DNA of 63,383 nucleotides, counting the filler, from Sphacelaria rigidula (lineage: Eukaryota), in the NCBI GenBank assembly GCA_964200075.2. It is 10 parts of 10 records of this genome, joined end to end, with 100 filler letters (N's around TTAATTAATTAA, not from the genome) between each part and the next. Parts side by side here need not be neighbours in the genome. Positions count along the whole stretch, not along the records: positions 1 to 6,249 come from CAXNAA020021238.1; positions 6,350 to 12,598 come from CAXNAA020021239.1; 8 more parts are not named here. One strand, written 5' to 3'. Positions 1 through 11,644 of this stretch are shown in pieces (the stretch's first letter is position 1; every line of letters begins with the position of its first letter). The position numbers and the translations under genes were made by a program. The notes beneath the pieces are model-generated. The model saw nothing but the letters and a program-made list of their open reading frames with translations, was not told where the DNA came from and did no database searches.

Positions 1-333
1 TGATCTTATGACTATGGCATGCATGATCATGAGTCCCCCTCCCCCCCCCTCCCCCCCCCTCAGGTATGACAGAACGACGACATGTTCTTTTTGAGCGCAT
101 GTGAATCTCACGGGGGAGAAGAGGGTCCCTCGTCTATGCAAGACCGGGTTTGCCCGCCTGCAGAACGTTCCATGCGCGTTGCTTTCTAATAAGAACGTAA
201 AGCGATCGATATCTGTTCCATTCTGTACTTACTGCCGTATTTCATTGCCAGAAACGTTGGTAATTGCTGTTCGGCAGTATTTTTGCACGTTTGGCCCAAC
301 CCAAAGCGGACACTTTCCCTCAGGTAATAAAAG

Positions 334-1540
334 TCATTTGAATGATGTGGACATCGTTGAGAAAACATAACTGTTTTGTATTCTCAGCTCTTGCGAAATT
401 CGGTGCAGTATGTTGTTCTCAGGGGTGACCTTTGTGCAGGCGGCAGTCGGTACGCTAGAGCAACAAAAGCTAGCTATGACCGGGTTTGCCTGCCGTATTG
501 CCGCCAGCGTTGCTTGAAAGCCACACGACTTTTGCGGTCGGCGGTTGATGGCGTGGGTGTCAAATGCAACAACAAGTGGTTGCTCATACATAGAGCACTC
601 TTGTTCCTCGTGGGATCACATCTCGCCCCAGCTTGTAATGCATGACCTTCTCACGTTGGAATTAATATGCAAAGCTACTGTACTGTGGCGAGGTGTTGAG
701 ACAGCAATTCGATGCGTCCATGCTGGACGCACCCATCTGCACCACGGTAGCAAACAGTTAGGTCACGACCATAGGAATCTTTTTCACTCCGCATGTCAGG
801 AAGGTCTCCACAAGTGTTTGGTCTCTCATTACCCCCCCCCCCCCCGCCCGGCGGGGGGTCGGGGCCCCGGGGGGGGCCCCGCCGGGGAAAAACAACGATG
901 AATAACCCCCCCCGATCTGAAGTCAAATTGGATCTGTTATTGCCGCAGCACCATCCTTGCTGGCATGTGTGTGATAGAGAACAGTAGCGGTAACGGGAAC
1001 ATTGCCCTGTTTTCCAACGACACGTTTTTCAGCACACAGAAGCGCGTCCTGTCCGGAAAGAGAGGCAGAGAGAAATTGATCTTCGCATTGGTGAGCTCGA
1101 CAGACAAGAAGAGACGAAATCTCTCCGCACGTCGTCGTCCTTTGGGGGGCTGTGCAGCAACATAATAACATGCCTTTCGGCACATGAGTGATTCGGTACA
1201 TGCTGGTAACATCCATGATGTCCGTCTCTCGAGAGTGTGGTGATCGTCCAGTGAGGACACACAAAGGACACGGGCGAGGAGCTCGCTCTCTGCCATTGCT
1301 TCTCTCTGTAGTGATATCGCCATCGACAAGCGTGTACACCGCATGCGATCGATGCACCTAGCCACAACTGCTTAACTGCTGCAGACGTGTGTGGAGAAGA
1401 TACTTCTCCCGGTGTAACTGTTTCGCGTCATCCCTGCAAAAACGATGTGCCACTTGAACCTCATTTTTGAGATCGACCCCATTTTCCAGGATCCACTCTT
1501 GAGTGATGGTGAAAGTACTTCGGAAAAAGTGGATGTCCAT
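334..1540 (-). pseudogene. Decayed Cys/His-rich ORF downstream of the Helitron helicase (probable Helitron accessory or cargo gene)
   Basis: ORFs 1358-1540 and 923-1357 share a frame and are separated by one TAG; further pieces at 675-830 and 334-591; a polypyrimidine tract plus CAG acceptor lies near 1585; same orientation as the helicase. Confidence 0.4.
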
Positions 1541-1826
1541 GAGCGTTTACTATGGTGAAAGGCAGGGAATGAGCTGTAGAACGTCTGCGGGGATAATAGA
1601 AAAGGGAATGATGAAAAAGGAAAAGCACAAAGAGTATGTGAAATGGGGGAACACAAAAAATGGAATCGAATTGACGTCGGAAGGTGATGTAGAAGGTCAC
1701 AAATTAGCTTGAAAGTCATGAAGGACAGTATCCTATTGATTACTCAACGCCGGAATCGCTATAGGCAGTTAGAAGGTGGTGAAGAGGATTTTGTTCGACG
1801 TTTGATGTGGAAAGGGCTTTGTAGAG

Positions 1827-2252
1827 CTAAGTAGATAGTGGCATGGCGGGGACGGGGCGCAAAGTGTCGAAGACAGGTGGAGGTGCACCGGTGGCCGTTG
1901 AGATCAGTCGGGGAGGTGTAATATGAGTAGCAAAACCGATTAATTGATGAGTGCGACCATCGTCAAGCAAGCAGCGGACAACGAGGTGTCCCTGAGCCCG
2001 ACCGAAGGCTACGTAGAGTTGGCCGTGTGAGAAAACGTCAAAATTCAAGTCAAGACCAACTTTGGTGAGAGGTTCACGTTGACCTTTACACATCGTACAC
2101 GCGTATGCGAGGCGAAGAGGATATTGAGTTCGAGTAAACGTAACGCCGGCACGGTCGGCGCTTTCGTTACAGGAAATGCGTGGAATGAGAACACTTGAGT
2201 CGGAGCCATCGCTCGCCTCGAAGCAAACTGCCATTCGACACGACCCACGCAT
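1827..2252 (-). mobile_element. Helitron RepHel PIF1-type helicase, C-terminal fragment (degenerate)
   Basis: VLIPRI...FTRTQYPLRLAYACTMCKGQREPLTKVGLDLNFDVFSHGQLYVAFGRA matches the PIF1/Helitron motif V-VI pattern (QFPLRLAYAMTINKSQGQTL..VGLDL..DVFSHGQLYVALSR) with decay substitutions. Confidence 0.9.
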
Positions 2253-2599
2253 CCCCCGGCGCCCACGATCCCTCCTCTGAATTCTCGAACATTTTCAGGA
2301 GTGCGGTTGGTGACCTTATCGCTCCTCGGGGCAGGAATGGTGTTTTTTGGGTGGAAGAATACGGTGAGTGCACTATCTCATCGGGTAGTTTGTCGCTTGG
2401 TGCTCTTACATGTCGTTGGGATATTCTTTACGCTCCTTGTGTATAGCAGACATTCTATGTTCGTGCACATTTCGTGTAGAGTAGGACAACGTACGCCGAT
2501 ATTCCCTTGCTGGACGCGCCCACCCACAGGGAGGATCTGTACGGCAGTGTCAATGCATATATATATGTGTATGTTTTTTTTGTCGTCACACCCTCCACC

Positions 2600-2665
2600 C
2601 TTTCTCTTCAGCGGGATGAGTCCGTGGTCTCAAGGGATCAACCAACCCGTCTCTCCCTCGGTGTA
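2600..2665 (+). repeat. Short (~55-65 bp) interspersed repeat GGGATGAGTCCGTGGTCTCAAGGGATCAACC..TCTCCC.CGGTGTA
   Basis: Other copies at ~51773-51822 (+), ~51197-51242 (+, diverged) and ~45178-45245 (-), on unrelated contigs. Confidence 0.7.
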
Positions 2666-2721
2666 CATTCATACAGTATATATGCATATTGCTCATTACT
2701 AAACTGAAGTATGTGTCGAGG

Positions 2722-2928
2722 GAGTCATCCTACGATAGGGGGGAGGGGTATTTGGTTGCACGAAAAAAAGAGGCTCATACGTGTGTCAGGCATCCTTCCA
2801 CACTTGCATTGCGCTTGTATTTGGTTCTAAACGGTGTCAGGCAGTATGGATGANNNNNNNNNNATCTGACGCGAAATTTCGTGCAACAAATGGCCCAAAA
2901 TATCCCCCCCCCTATCGTAGGATGCCTC
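2722..2928. mobile_element. MITE with GAG...CTC termini and 4-bp TSD (Sola-like), copy 1; contains a short N gap
   Basis: TIR GAGTCATCCTACGATAGGGGG / CCCCCTATCGTAGGATGCCTC; TSD GAGG at 2718-2721 and 2929-2932; homologous to 20325-20573 in opposite orientation. Confidence 0.88.
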
Positions 2929-3467
2929 GAGGGTGCTTCATACCCGAGATGGGCGATACCCTATTGGTATTATCGATGTTTGTCAACGGTAGCACAACAG
3001 TGCCGTGGGTTTACCCGTGCACAGTACAGTATTGTTTCACTCAGTCGTAGAAAAATAAGCACTGGTCAGGAGCTTGGGTAACCCTTTGGCCCCCACAGCA
3101 GGTAATATGTTGAATCGGTATCATCGACGATCGAGGAATGAGTGTGTGAGACCCAGATGATCCGCTACCCTTGCAGCCGAAATGTCGAGGTCACGAGCTT
3201 GATGCGTGGTTGTTCGTGCGACTAAGATCGCGTGTTCAGTCCTGCGTGTGGATCACAGACCAATCCACATGGACACGTTTGGGGGTGTGAAGGGGAGGGG
3301 TTGATGAGCAGGTAAATTACACGGAACGAGATCTGTCGTTTTTTTTCCAGCGTACGTCAATGAATATTCGAGTAAATTTTTGCTAGACCGTAGAACCTGG
3401 TTCCACAAAGGAGGACGAAATCCGCACCGTTAGTCTTTCGAGATGAACGAAAATCAGAGGATATAGT

Positions 3468-4593
3468 AACAGCCTGGGTTCGCTTTTGAGGTTCAACATT
3501 TGGGTGAGGTTCAACCGACCATCGAAACATCATATGTTCCGTCCACAAGGCTCGGAATTCGCAAGCGGTTTCGGCAATGTAACCCTAACCCAGAAGTTTC
3601 TGCACGGCAGCGCAAGCATGATGATGAGCAGTCCAACAGAAAAACCACCGTCATTGTGTGGCATCTTTTGAGCAGGACCTACCTGCGTCTAAGGGCTACG
3701 GAACACGTAACAAAGCATGCTGAAAACAGACTTCTTTGGACTAGTCATCTACTTTTCGAGCGCCTCTTGTTGAGTATCTGAGAGAGACTTCATACTGTTG
3801 CGCCGGCGACGACCGCCGTTATTAGCGAAACAATCCAATGCGGCGACAGACGCCAGCGATCTTTGAAACGCAGCACCATTCAGGAGTCTGCTGAGATATA
3901 CCAGCACACCAGAGTACAGCACCACTACAGTACAGTCGTTAGTTGGATAAAATGGATGCCCAACAATAAAGCTGCACGCACAGACAACGGGGGAAGGGTT
4001 CATCCAGTCTGAATCAGCTATCACGCCTTGTATGGCCACTTCCGCCGTGGCTGTGTTGAGAACCGGTTTCGGGGTGTGGCTGTCGAACAATACTACTGTA
4101 GTGCAACGCGCTTGCAAAATCCGGGCCGTTTATTCTAATTTAGAACCCGCATCAGCTGGAGTTTGAATATCCCTCCTGACGGTCCCAAACGGGGTCTGAA
4201 CTAGCGACGGAAAGCGCTGGCACCCTCCCCCCTCAGCGCTGACGGCGGTCGTCGCCGGCGCAACAGTATGAAGTCTCTCTCAGATACTCAACAAGAGGCG
4301 CTCGAAAAATAGGTGACTAGTCCAAAGAAGTCTGTTTTCAGCATGCTTTGTTACGTGTTCCGTAGCCCTTAGACGCAGGTAGGTCCTGCTCAAAAGATGC
4401 CACACAACGACGGTGGTTTTTCTGTTGGACTGCTCATCATCATGCTTGCGCTGCCGTGCAGAAACTTCTGGGTTAGGGTTACATTGCCGAAACCGCTTGC
4501 GAATTCCGAGCCTTGTGGGCGAAACATATGATGTTTCGATGGTCGGTTGAACCTCACCCGAATGTCGAGCCTGAAAAGCGAACCCAGGCTGTT
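3468..4593. mobile_element. Foldback element with ~352-bp terminal inverted repeats
   Basis: 3468-3819 is a near-identical reverse complement of 4242-4593, giving near-identical ORFs on opposite strands; flanked by direct repeat TAGT (3464-3467, 4594-4597). Confidence 0.8.
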
Positions 4594-4810
4594 TAGTACT
4601 TTTGTTACCACACACATGTATAGATGCATAAGTATGTTTATATGCACTTGACGTGGGGAACAAGCAGACTATATCGTCGCTCCCGAATCGCGAGCGATCT
4701 CGTTTCCCTATACAAAACTACTCGCGCCGTGCCCCATTAACCGCTAAATAAGGGGCGGAAAATGTCCATACAACTTGTAGTGTATTTGATGTACCACACA
4801 CAAGGCTCTA

Positions 4811-5071
4811 CAGGCACCGTAGGTAAGGTAGGTACCCGGAGTCGGTATTTGGGACATTTCATACCCTACCGATACCGGTCCAATCCGGTAGTTTGAAATG
4901 TCATACCTACGATACCCATATCAGGGTAATTCGAGATTTCAATACCCACCGTACCCGCCCAATCCGGTATTTTTAATACTCATACCTACGATACCTACGC
5001 ATACCAGGGTATGGGATACCCCGGTAAATACGGGGGGTACGCTCGGTACGGTACCTTACCTACGGTTCCTG
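4811..5071. mobile_element. MITE with CAGG...CCTG termini and GATACC/GTACC-rich interior
   Basis: TIR CAGGcACCGTAGGTAAGGTA / TACCTTACCTACGGTtCCTG; no clean TSD (TA left, TG right). Confidence 0.7.
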
Positions 5072-5270
5072 TGAAAACTTCGATCACCCAAAGTGCATCC
5101 AGATCTGAAACGCTTCGCACGCCTCATATCGATTACTTTCAACCTAGCGGGTACATCAAATAAATGCTGTCACGTTTGTCGTTGCATACGCCCCGACAGT
5201 CAAGAGAAGAGAGATGTGTGTTCTGGACTGAGTCAGATGACATTGTGAACCGCATCATTCAGTCAAGAAT

Positions 5271-5800
5271 TTGGACGATACCGTTGGGCTGGCTCGGGGT
5301 AAACGTTTGAAGAAATATTTGACTGTAGAATGATCAATTTTGATTGGACTACAACAACCGATGGCTTTGAAGAATTGCATAAATGAGGGTGTCACGCAGA
5401 AGGAAACAAAAAGGGGAAAAAATATTTTGGTCATGAGTTATGCCGTAATATCCATGATTTTGGACGTCACCCTTGGCCTGGCTCGGGGTAAAATATCGAA
5501 CGAATATTCTACCGAAGAACTTTTAATTGCGATTGGATTATAACAATCGATAGCTTGAGACAACCGCATCAATAAGGGTTTCACGCGGAAGAAAAAAGCG
5601 AAAACAAAAACATGTTTTCGTAATGCGTTATGCCTTACCGCGTGGACGTTACCGTTGGGCTGGCTCGGGGTGAACTTTTGAACGTTTTTTTTTCTGTGAA
5701 ATCGTCAATTTTGACTGAACTAAAACAAACGACGGCTTGAAAAAATCATATGAATAAGGGTGCCACGCAGGAGAAAACAAAACGGAAAAAAAAATGCAAT
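5271..5800 (+). repeat. Diverged tandem repeat, three units of ~182-190 bp
   Basis: TGGACG..ACC.TTGG.CTGGCTCGGGGT recurs at ~5271, ~5461 and ~5643 with collinear downstream similarity. Confidence 0.85.
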
Positions 5801-6249
5801 AAGTTATACCTAAATATGCATATTACCCTAGGGCCGAATCAAGTGCGCGTTCCGAGGTGCCCCTCTTCAAATATCCATATCTCGAGATTGCGTACACTGA
5901 TTCAAAATCTAAATGGATGGTTCGAACCGCCTGATTCATGGCTATCTATTTGAACTAGTTTTGCGGTTTGATACTGAAAAATTGGTTCGAAAAACGTATA
6001 CCCCCGTGATGTTTGGTTTCTGCATATGCGACCGGCACCTAACGGAAGATATACTCTTCAAGTTTTATTTTATGTATCCAAGTTACGTATGTGTTGCGGT
6101 GATATAAATATAAGTGTCTACAGCGGACTTGAAGCTTTTGGTAGCGCTACAAAACAGGTTTTTGTTGGGGGGGGGGGGGGGTTCCCATATATTAAAATCT
6201 GTTAAACATAGGAAGAACTTGTACGAAGTACTCTTTTGTGGCGATGAAA

Positions 6250-6349
6250 NNNNNNNNNNNNNNNNNNNNNNNNNNNNNNNNNNNNNNNNNNNNTTAATTA
6301 ATTAANNNNNNNNNNNNNNNNNNNNNNNNNNNNNNNNNNNNNNNNNNNN
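6250..6349. other. Artificial contig linker N44-TTAATTAATTAA-N44
   Basis: Identical 100-bp spacer with stops in all six frames, recurring every 6348-6349 bp. Confidence 0.98.
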
Positions 6350-7135
6350 AACAGATGAGAATCAAAGTAGGGCACACATATAACACTCCAAAATCACACT
6401 TGCGCTCCGTCTCATTACAGAGCGATCAGGGCGTGATGCTGAATGGAAAAGCAAACCAACACGAAACATCAACCGGGCGACATGTCAACTACGCAATGAC
6501 GGTAGATGACGGAATATAACACGCCTACACGACGAAATATGAAATCACATCCATACCCTCGGGGTATACATGTATGAAAGATACTGCATAGATGGGCAGG
6601 GCATAACAGTGATCCAACAAACAGGGGATAAAAAGGGGGATAAAAGGGAAGGGTAAAATATTGCCGACAAAAAAAAACAATCTGACTGTAAGCCTGCAGA
6701 AAGAATCTTGATCTCCACCTAGTATGGCGTTGTATAACACCCCCACTTCAATAGAAGCGAGGACGTACCACACTCTAGAAAGCAATAAAATACACAAACC
6801 AACTCGCAAACTAGAATAGAATGACCACCTAAGTCATCCTACTCTTCAATCCTGGTGGTTCTATAAAAAATTCGACGTTAAATCGAAGGAAAAATCAAAA
6901 GGGAAAACGTGCCTTCTTGAGCACTGCCGCTCGTGTTGAAGTAGGAGCTTGGACAGCTGATGACGTTGATGACGTTGATGTCCCGGAAGTGGCTTATTCA
7001 TTGGCGTTCGGATGCTAGAGTGGGTGACGCGCGTGCCGAGGGATAACTACCGCTGCCGGTCTTGGGTACCTCTTACTGCTGCTCCGGTTAGCTCAAATAT
7101 ACAAAATGAAGATGAATTTATGCCTTCTGGGATAT

Positions 7136-7290
7136 AAGCTGAGAAGCTCTGATGTTGTTGTCCTTGATAAAGCTGAGAAGCTCTGATGCTGTGTCCTTGA
7201 TAAAGCTGAGAAGCTCTGATGTTGTTGTCCTTGATAAAGCTGAAAAGCTCTGATGTTGTTGTCCTTGATAAAGCTGAGAAGCTCTGATGT
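7136..7290 (+). repeat. Minisatellite, ~4.6 x 34 bp (AAGCTGAGAAGCTCTGATGTTGTTGTCCTTGATA)
   Basis: Unit starts at 7136, 7170, 7203, 7237, 7271. Confidence 0.95.
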
Positions 7291-7623
7291 CTCGTTGTAA
7301 AATCCTCTTAAATCTCCTCGTGCGGCTGAGTAGCCTGATTGAAGGCTACGGCGTGTAAATCCCTACTAGTCGGTACATGAGCCTTGACCCAGGTATAAGT
7401 ACCCCACTTCTTTCAGTGGTTTCGGTATGTGTTCGTGAGTTGGTGTGCGGCATTATGTGTCGGATCTAATTCGATGGTGGTTTCAGCATATGTGTGATAT
7501 ATGAGAGTAGGCAAATATAATATGGGTACACTAATTATATAAAAGATATCTGGTCTCAACTGGCCACGACAGGCCTACAACTTCCCCCGACAACGCACCC
7601 TGTGCATGAGGCTTTCTATTATA

Positions 7624-7991
7624 CCCCTCCTGTCGGTCCCAAACGCGGTCTGAACTAGCGACGGAAAGTGCTGGCACCCTCTCCCCAAGATAGGATTTGT
7701 GACAACTATGGGGGTATGTGGGAAAAATCTTGGAATGAAAACATGTAGAATAGTATTCAGGGGTGTCGTAATACATCTTTCCCCGTTCAAAATCGAAATT
7801 TCCTTGCTTGAACGCTTCATACCTGTTACAATGGACGACTGCTTTCCTAGAAAACCATCCGTTATTTCAGGACTTCCCCTGGGCGATAATCCTACTCGTA
7901 ACCCTGAGGTTGTCACAAATCCTATCTTGGGGAGAGGGTGCCAGCACTTTCCGTTGCTCGTTCAGACCGCGTTTGGGACCGACAGGAGGGG
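7624..7991. mobile_element. Tc1/mariner (Stowaway-like) MITE with ~83-bp TIRs and TA TSD
   Basis: 7624-7706 is inverted at 7909-7991; termini CCCCTCC...GGAGGGG flanked by TA at 7622-7623 and 7992-7993; one arm also present at ~4170-4230. Confidence 0.7.
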
Positions 7992-7993
7992 TA

Positions 7994-8729
7994 TTCAAAC
8001 TACAGCGGATACGGGATCTAAATGAAACAAAACGGTTCGGACTTTGCAAGCGCGTTGCACTACAGTATCCTTCGACAGCCCCACCGCGAAACCAGTTCTC
8101 AACACAGCCACGGCGGAAGTGGCCATACAAGACGCGATAGCTGGTTCAGACTGGATGAAATGCCTCGCATGGGCGCTACTGGCGAAACAACCCCAAGTGT
8201 AGGACTAACCTTTACCCCCGTGATGTGTGTGTGAAGCTTCATCGTGGCGCATCCACTTTATTCAACCGACGACTGTACTGTAGTGATGCTGTACTCTGGT
8301 GTGCTGGTATATCTCAGCAGACTGCTGAATGATGCGGCGTTTCAAAGACCGCTGGCGCCTGTCGCCGTATTGGATCGTTTCGCTGACGGCGGTCGTCGCC
8401 GGCGCAACAGTATGAAGACTCTCTCAGATACTCAACAAGAGGCGCTCGAAAACTCGATGACTAGTCCAAAGAAGGTTGTTTTCAGCATGCTTCGTTAAGT
8501 GCTCCGTAGCGCTTAGACGCAGGTCCTGCTCGGAAGATGCCGCACAGTGACGGTGGTTTTTCTGTTGGACTACTCATCATGCTTGGGTTGCCGTACAGAA
8601 ACTTCTGGTTTAGGGTTACATCGTCGAAACAGGTTGCGAATCCCGAGCCTATTGGACAAAACAAATGAAATGTCGATGGCGACCCCAACCTCACCCAAAT
8701 GTTGAACCCCAAGAACGGATCCAGGCTGC
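7994..8729. mobile_element. Second, more diverged copy of the 3468-4593 foldback family (one TIR plus interior)
   Basis: Reverse-complement similarity to ~3470-4170 (e.g. translated DCTVV.LYSGVLVYLSRLLN, SMK.LSDTQQEALE); ends ...CCAGGCTG. Confidence 0.85.
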
Positions 8730-8732
8730 TTC

Positions 8733-9430
8733 ATGACGAATGACTTTTATATGGACGGCCTCATCCCTTCGGACCTCCCGCCCTCCCAAAACTATTTCGG
8801 TGGATTCCTAGCCCTTCGTTCCTCCAAAGGCTATGCGCGAAAGCACATTTTTGACTCCACTTAACAGCGATCATCGAAAATGAGGATGTAGCTTTTCATT
8901 GAGGATGAGAACTCGGAGGGTTTAAATCTTCGTATCCACATCAAATCGTCGGAATATGGTGCCATTCTTTCACCTACTGGTAGCTACTGACAACTGCTAC
9001 ACGCCCTACAAATTTCGATTTCGACAACCGAAATGTTGGGGTCCTAGGTGAAATTACCCGAAAAAGCAGTTGTCAGTAGCTACCAGTAAATGAGAGGATG
9101 GAACCATATTCCGACGATTTGGTGTGAAAAAGAATATATTAATCACCCGGGTTCTCATCCTTAATGAAAAGCTCCTTCCTCAATTTCGACGATCGGCTGT
9201 TTTTTCGGGTGAAGAATGGGGCGTGTTTTGGCTCAAAAATCGTGCTTTCACACGTATCCTTCGGGAAAAAGGAAGGCTGGAAACCCCCCGAAATAGTGTC
9301 GATGAGGTTGGGAGGGATGAGGTCGTCCATATGAAAGTCATTTGCCATTACTCCAGGTCAGGGAAAGTACTACTTCTGAGTTAAACCACATATTCTTGTT
9401 CAACCCCATTTTTAAGAATCCGCTGTTAGT
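8733..9430. mobile_element. Foldback/MITE with long imperfect inverted arms
   Basis: ~8733-8998 is inverted at ~9066-9348 (AATGACTTT.ATATGGACG.CCTCATCCC / GGGATGAGGTCGTCCATATGAAAGTCATT; TACTGGTAGCTACTGACAACTGCT / AGCAGTTGTCAGTAGCTACCAGTA); same TIR family as 24400-25170; boundaries approximate. Confidence 0.8.
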
Positions 9431-10639
9431 TAGTATTCAGTAAATTATGTTCAGGGGAAAGCGATGGCACACTTATACTGTCTCTTGCCCTTGTATCCAG
9501 TGAAGACATACAGCACACATACATACCGACTTTGCACGCATTTGACTGCAGCTAGGGTCAAAACTGGTCAGGGATTCTCCAGGACTATTTTCTACATAAA
9601 TAACAAATATCCACATGTCCAGGAGAAATGCGTCATCTGTTGTGACAAAGGAATGATTCTGAACCTAAAAAGGGGCGTAGTCCAACTTAGTCCATTTGCG
9701 GGGGGGTCATTGAAGATTGTTAAGTCAAACCCTTTCGTAGGATTCAAACGCTCTAAAGTAAGTACAGCTACAACTGCAGCAAGGAAAAGATTATAGGGAG
9801 TACATATTACGTTGTAGGTTCTACAAACGACGCAACGCATCCAACACATACCCATGATGGTGGCGCTTTCGGCAGTGTCTAGACTTGTGTACTGAACAGG
9901 ACTCGATTACAGTACTGTAGTTCAGCCGATCCTCAGCATAGATCAAATCGTCTTTGTAGGGCACCACACTACCTGCCAGGTAAAACAGGACAGGAGTGCT
10001 GGCTCTGCGCACCAAGGACCTTGTTCGATACAAAAGACACAACATCCAACAAACACATACTTTAGAACATTTTTTTCAACTTCGACAAGACAGTATTTGC
10101 CTACCGACAGCAGTTGTTCGTGACACAAAAGCAGTACGGCAGCTCAGGTGATTCCAGCAGAGATCAAACAGTTTTGGCAACAGCAAAACACACGATTATG
10201 CAGTAACAGGTGCAGCAAATGAGAGGGCCAGTCTGCGTGTGCTGCTGTAGTTCAGTAAAAACATGACATTTCCCATTTTACTTCTAGTGACAAATTCTGA
10301 ACAGGTCCTCAAACATTTAGAATCGTTTCCCAATTCTGAGCGCTTGGTCGGACTTTTGAAATTTTTTAGGCCCGTTCAGAATTTTGAGGGTGAAAATCTT
10401 GACAATTTTGTTCGATAGAGGTAAATGTCCCAATTAAGGTACGCGTAAGGTACCGGACGAAGAAAACTCTCGTTCGTGGGAACCACGACACGTAGAACAA
10501 TGCCCAAAATATGCGGAGAGAGACAATTTAATTCTCTGTCACCCAAGCTTTTGAAAGTGGAAAAATTATCGAACCGAGTTGCAGGAGTAGATGTGGAGTA
10601 TGTCTCCAAAAAAGTAAAAAAGGCAGCCAAAACACCCTC

Positions 10640-11520
10640 TTTTTCAATTACCGTACACTTTACGCACCCGTTGATGTTTCGCGACCTTAGACGTCTCAGA
10701 TCCTCTTCTTCAGTGTAAATGTTTCTGACAGTAGTGCCGTCCGTTTTGAAGAGAAAAAAAATGTGATGCGGGGAGGAAAATCGCCCATCCCCTGGTTTTC
10801 GGAACAAATTTCTCCATCAAGTCGGTGTTTGGCAACACCGTACTCGACGAAAACTATTTTTCCCCAATTCCTTTCTTTTCAAACCGTTGATATACGTTTT
10901 GGTAGTAATCTCCCGAAGTGTGGTTTTCATCGGTTACGATTAAGGTACTATGACGCACACCTGAAATCGATAATGACTACGAAAATGGAATACCCGGGAC
11001 GTTTCAGACCTTCTTCTTTGGTACAAATGTTTATGAGACTATTAATAGCGCGGTCCGTTTGGAGAAGAAGAATATTATGCGGGGATGAAGATGGCCTATC
11101 CCCTAGTTTTTGGAACAGATTTGGCCGTGAAGTCTGTGTTTGGCAACGCCGTACTCAACGAAAACGTTTTTTTTTTTTTCTCTTTTATCAACCCATCGGA
11201 ATACGTTTTGACAGTAGTTTCCCAAAATTTGATGTTCATGGGTCACGATTAAGGTACCATGACGCACGTTGAGTGATGCCCCCTAATCACCAGAAGTAGA
11301 CAATGACTACGAAAATGGAACACCTGAAGCTAGGAAGTTCCAGATGTTTTCCTTCGGCACAAACGTTTACGCATCGCAATGCATCACAATGCATCACTTT
11401 CCAGCATCAAAGAGGCAAATGAGTCGATTCGGGGATAAAATCGACCTATCCCCGGAGTTTCGGTACAAATATTGAGCATTCTTCTCCGTGTTTGACAATG
11501 CCGAACTCGACGATCGCGTT
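10640..11520 (+). repeat. Diverged tandem repeat, units ~310-350 bp (about three copies)
   Basis: GGGGA..AA..ATCCCC..GTTT..GG.ACA.AT...GTGTTTG.CAA..CCG.ACTC.ACGA recurs near 10766, 11077 and 11430. Confidence 0.75.
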
Positions 11521-11644
11521 CGTGGAGCCCTGTGCTTTCTGTGTGTCCAGATGACAACAAGACGGGTTGGGCATGCACGGGTTTGACGTTCAGTTATATT
11601 ATACGATGAAAGTTAAGTTATATATATATATATATGTTTGTGTG

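Noticed and set aside
831..915. Poly-C/poly-G rich stretch and its Pro/Gly ORFs (similar at ~29308-29510, ~35605-35735, ~44478-44535, ~56458-56657, ~57137-57190)
   Set aside because: Looks like low-quality homopolymer sequence near gaps or contig ends
6294..6305. TTAATTAATTAA recurring at regular intervals as a biological repeat or CRISPR-like array
   Set aside because: Always embedded in N44 runs with contigs sorted by length; an assembly linker
7136..7290. 34-bp repeats as a CRISPR array
   Set aside because: Head-to-tail units with no spacers, no cas genes, eukaryotic context
6350..7706. Solo LTR starting TGTCACA on the minus strand
   Set aside because: That start is better explained as the inner end of the TA-flanked MITE arm; no second LTR, PBS or PPT is visible
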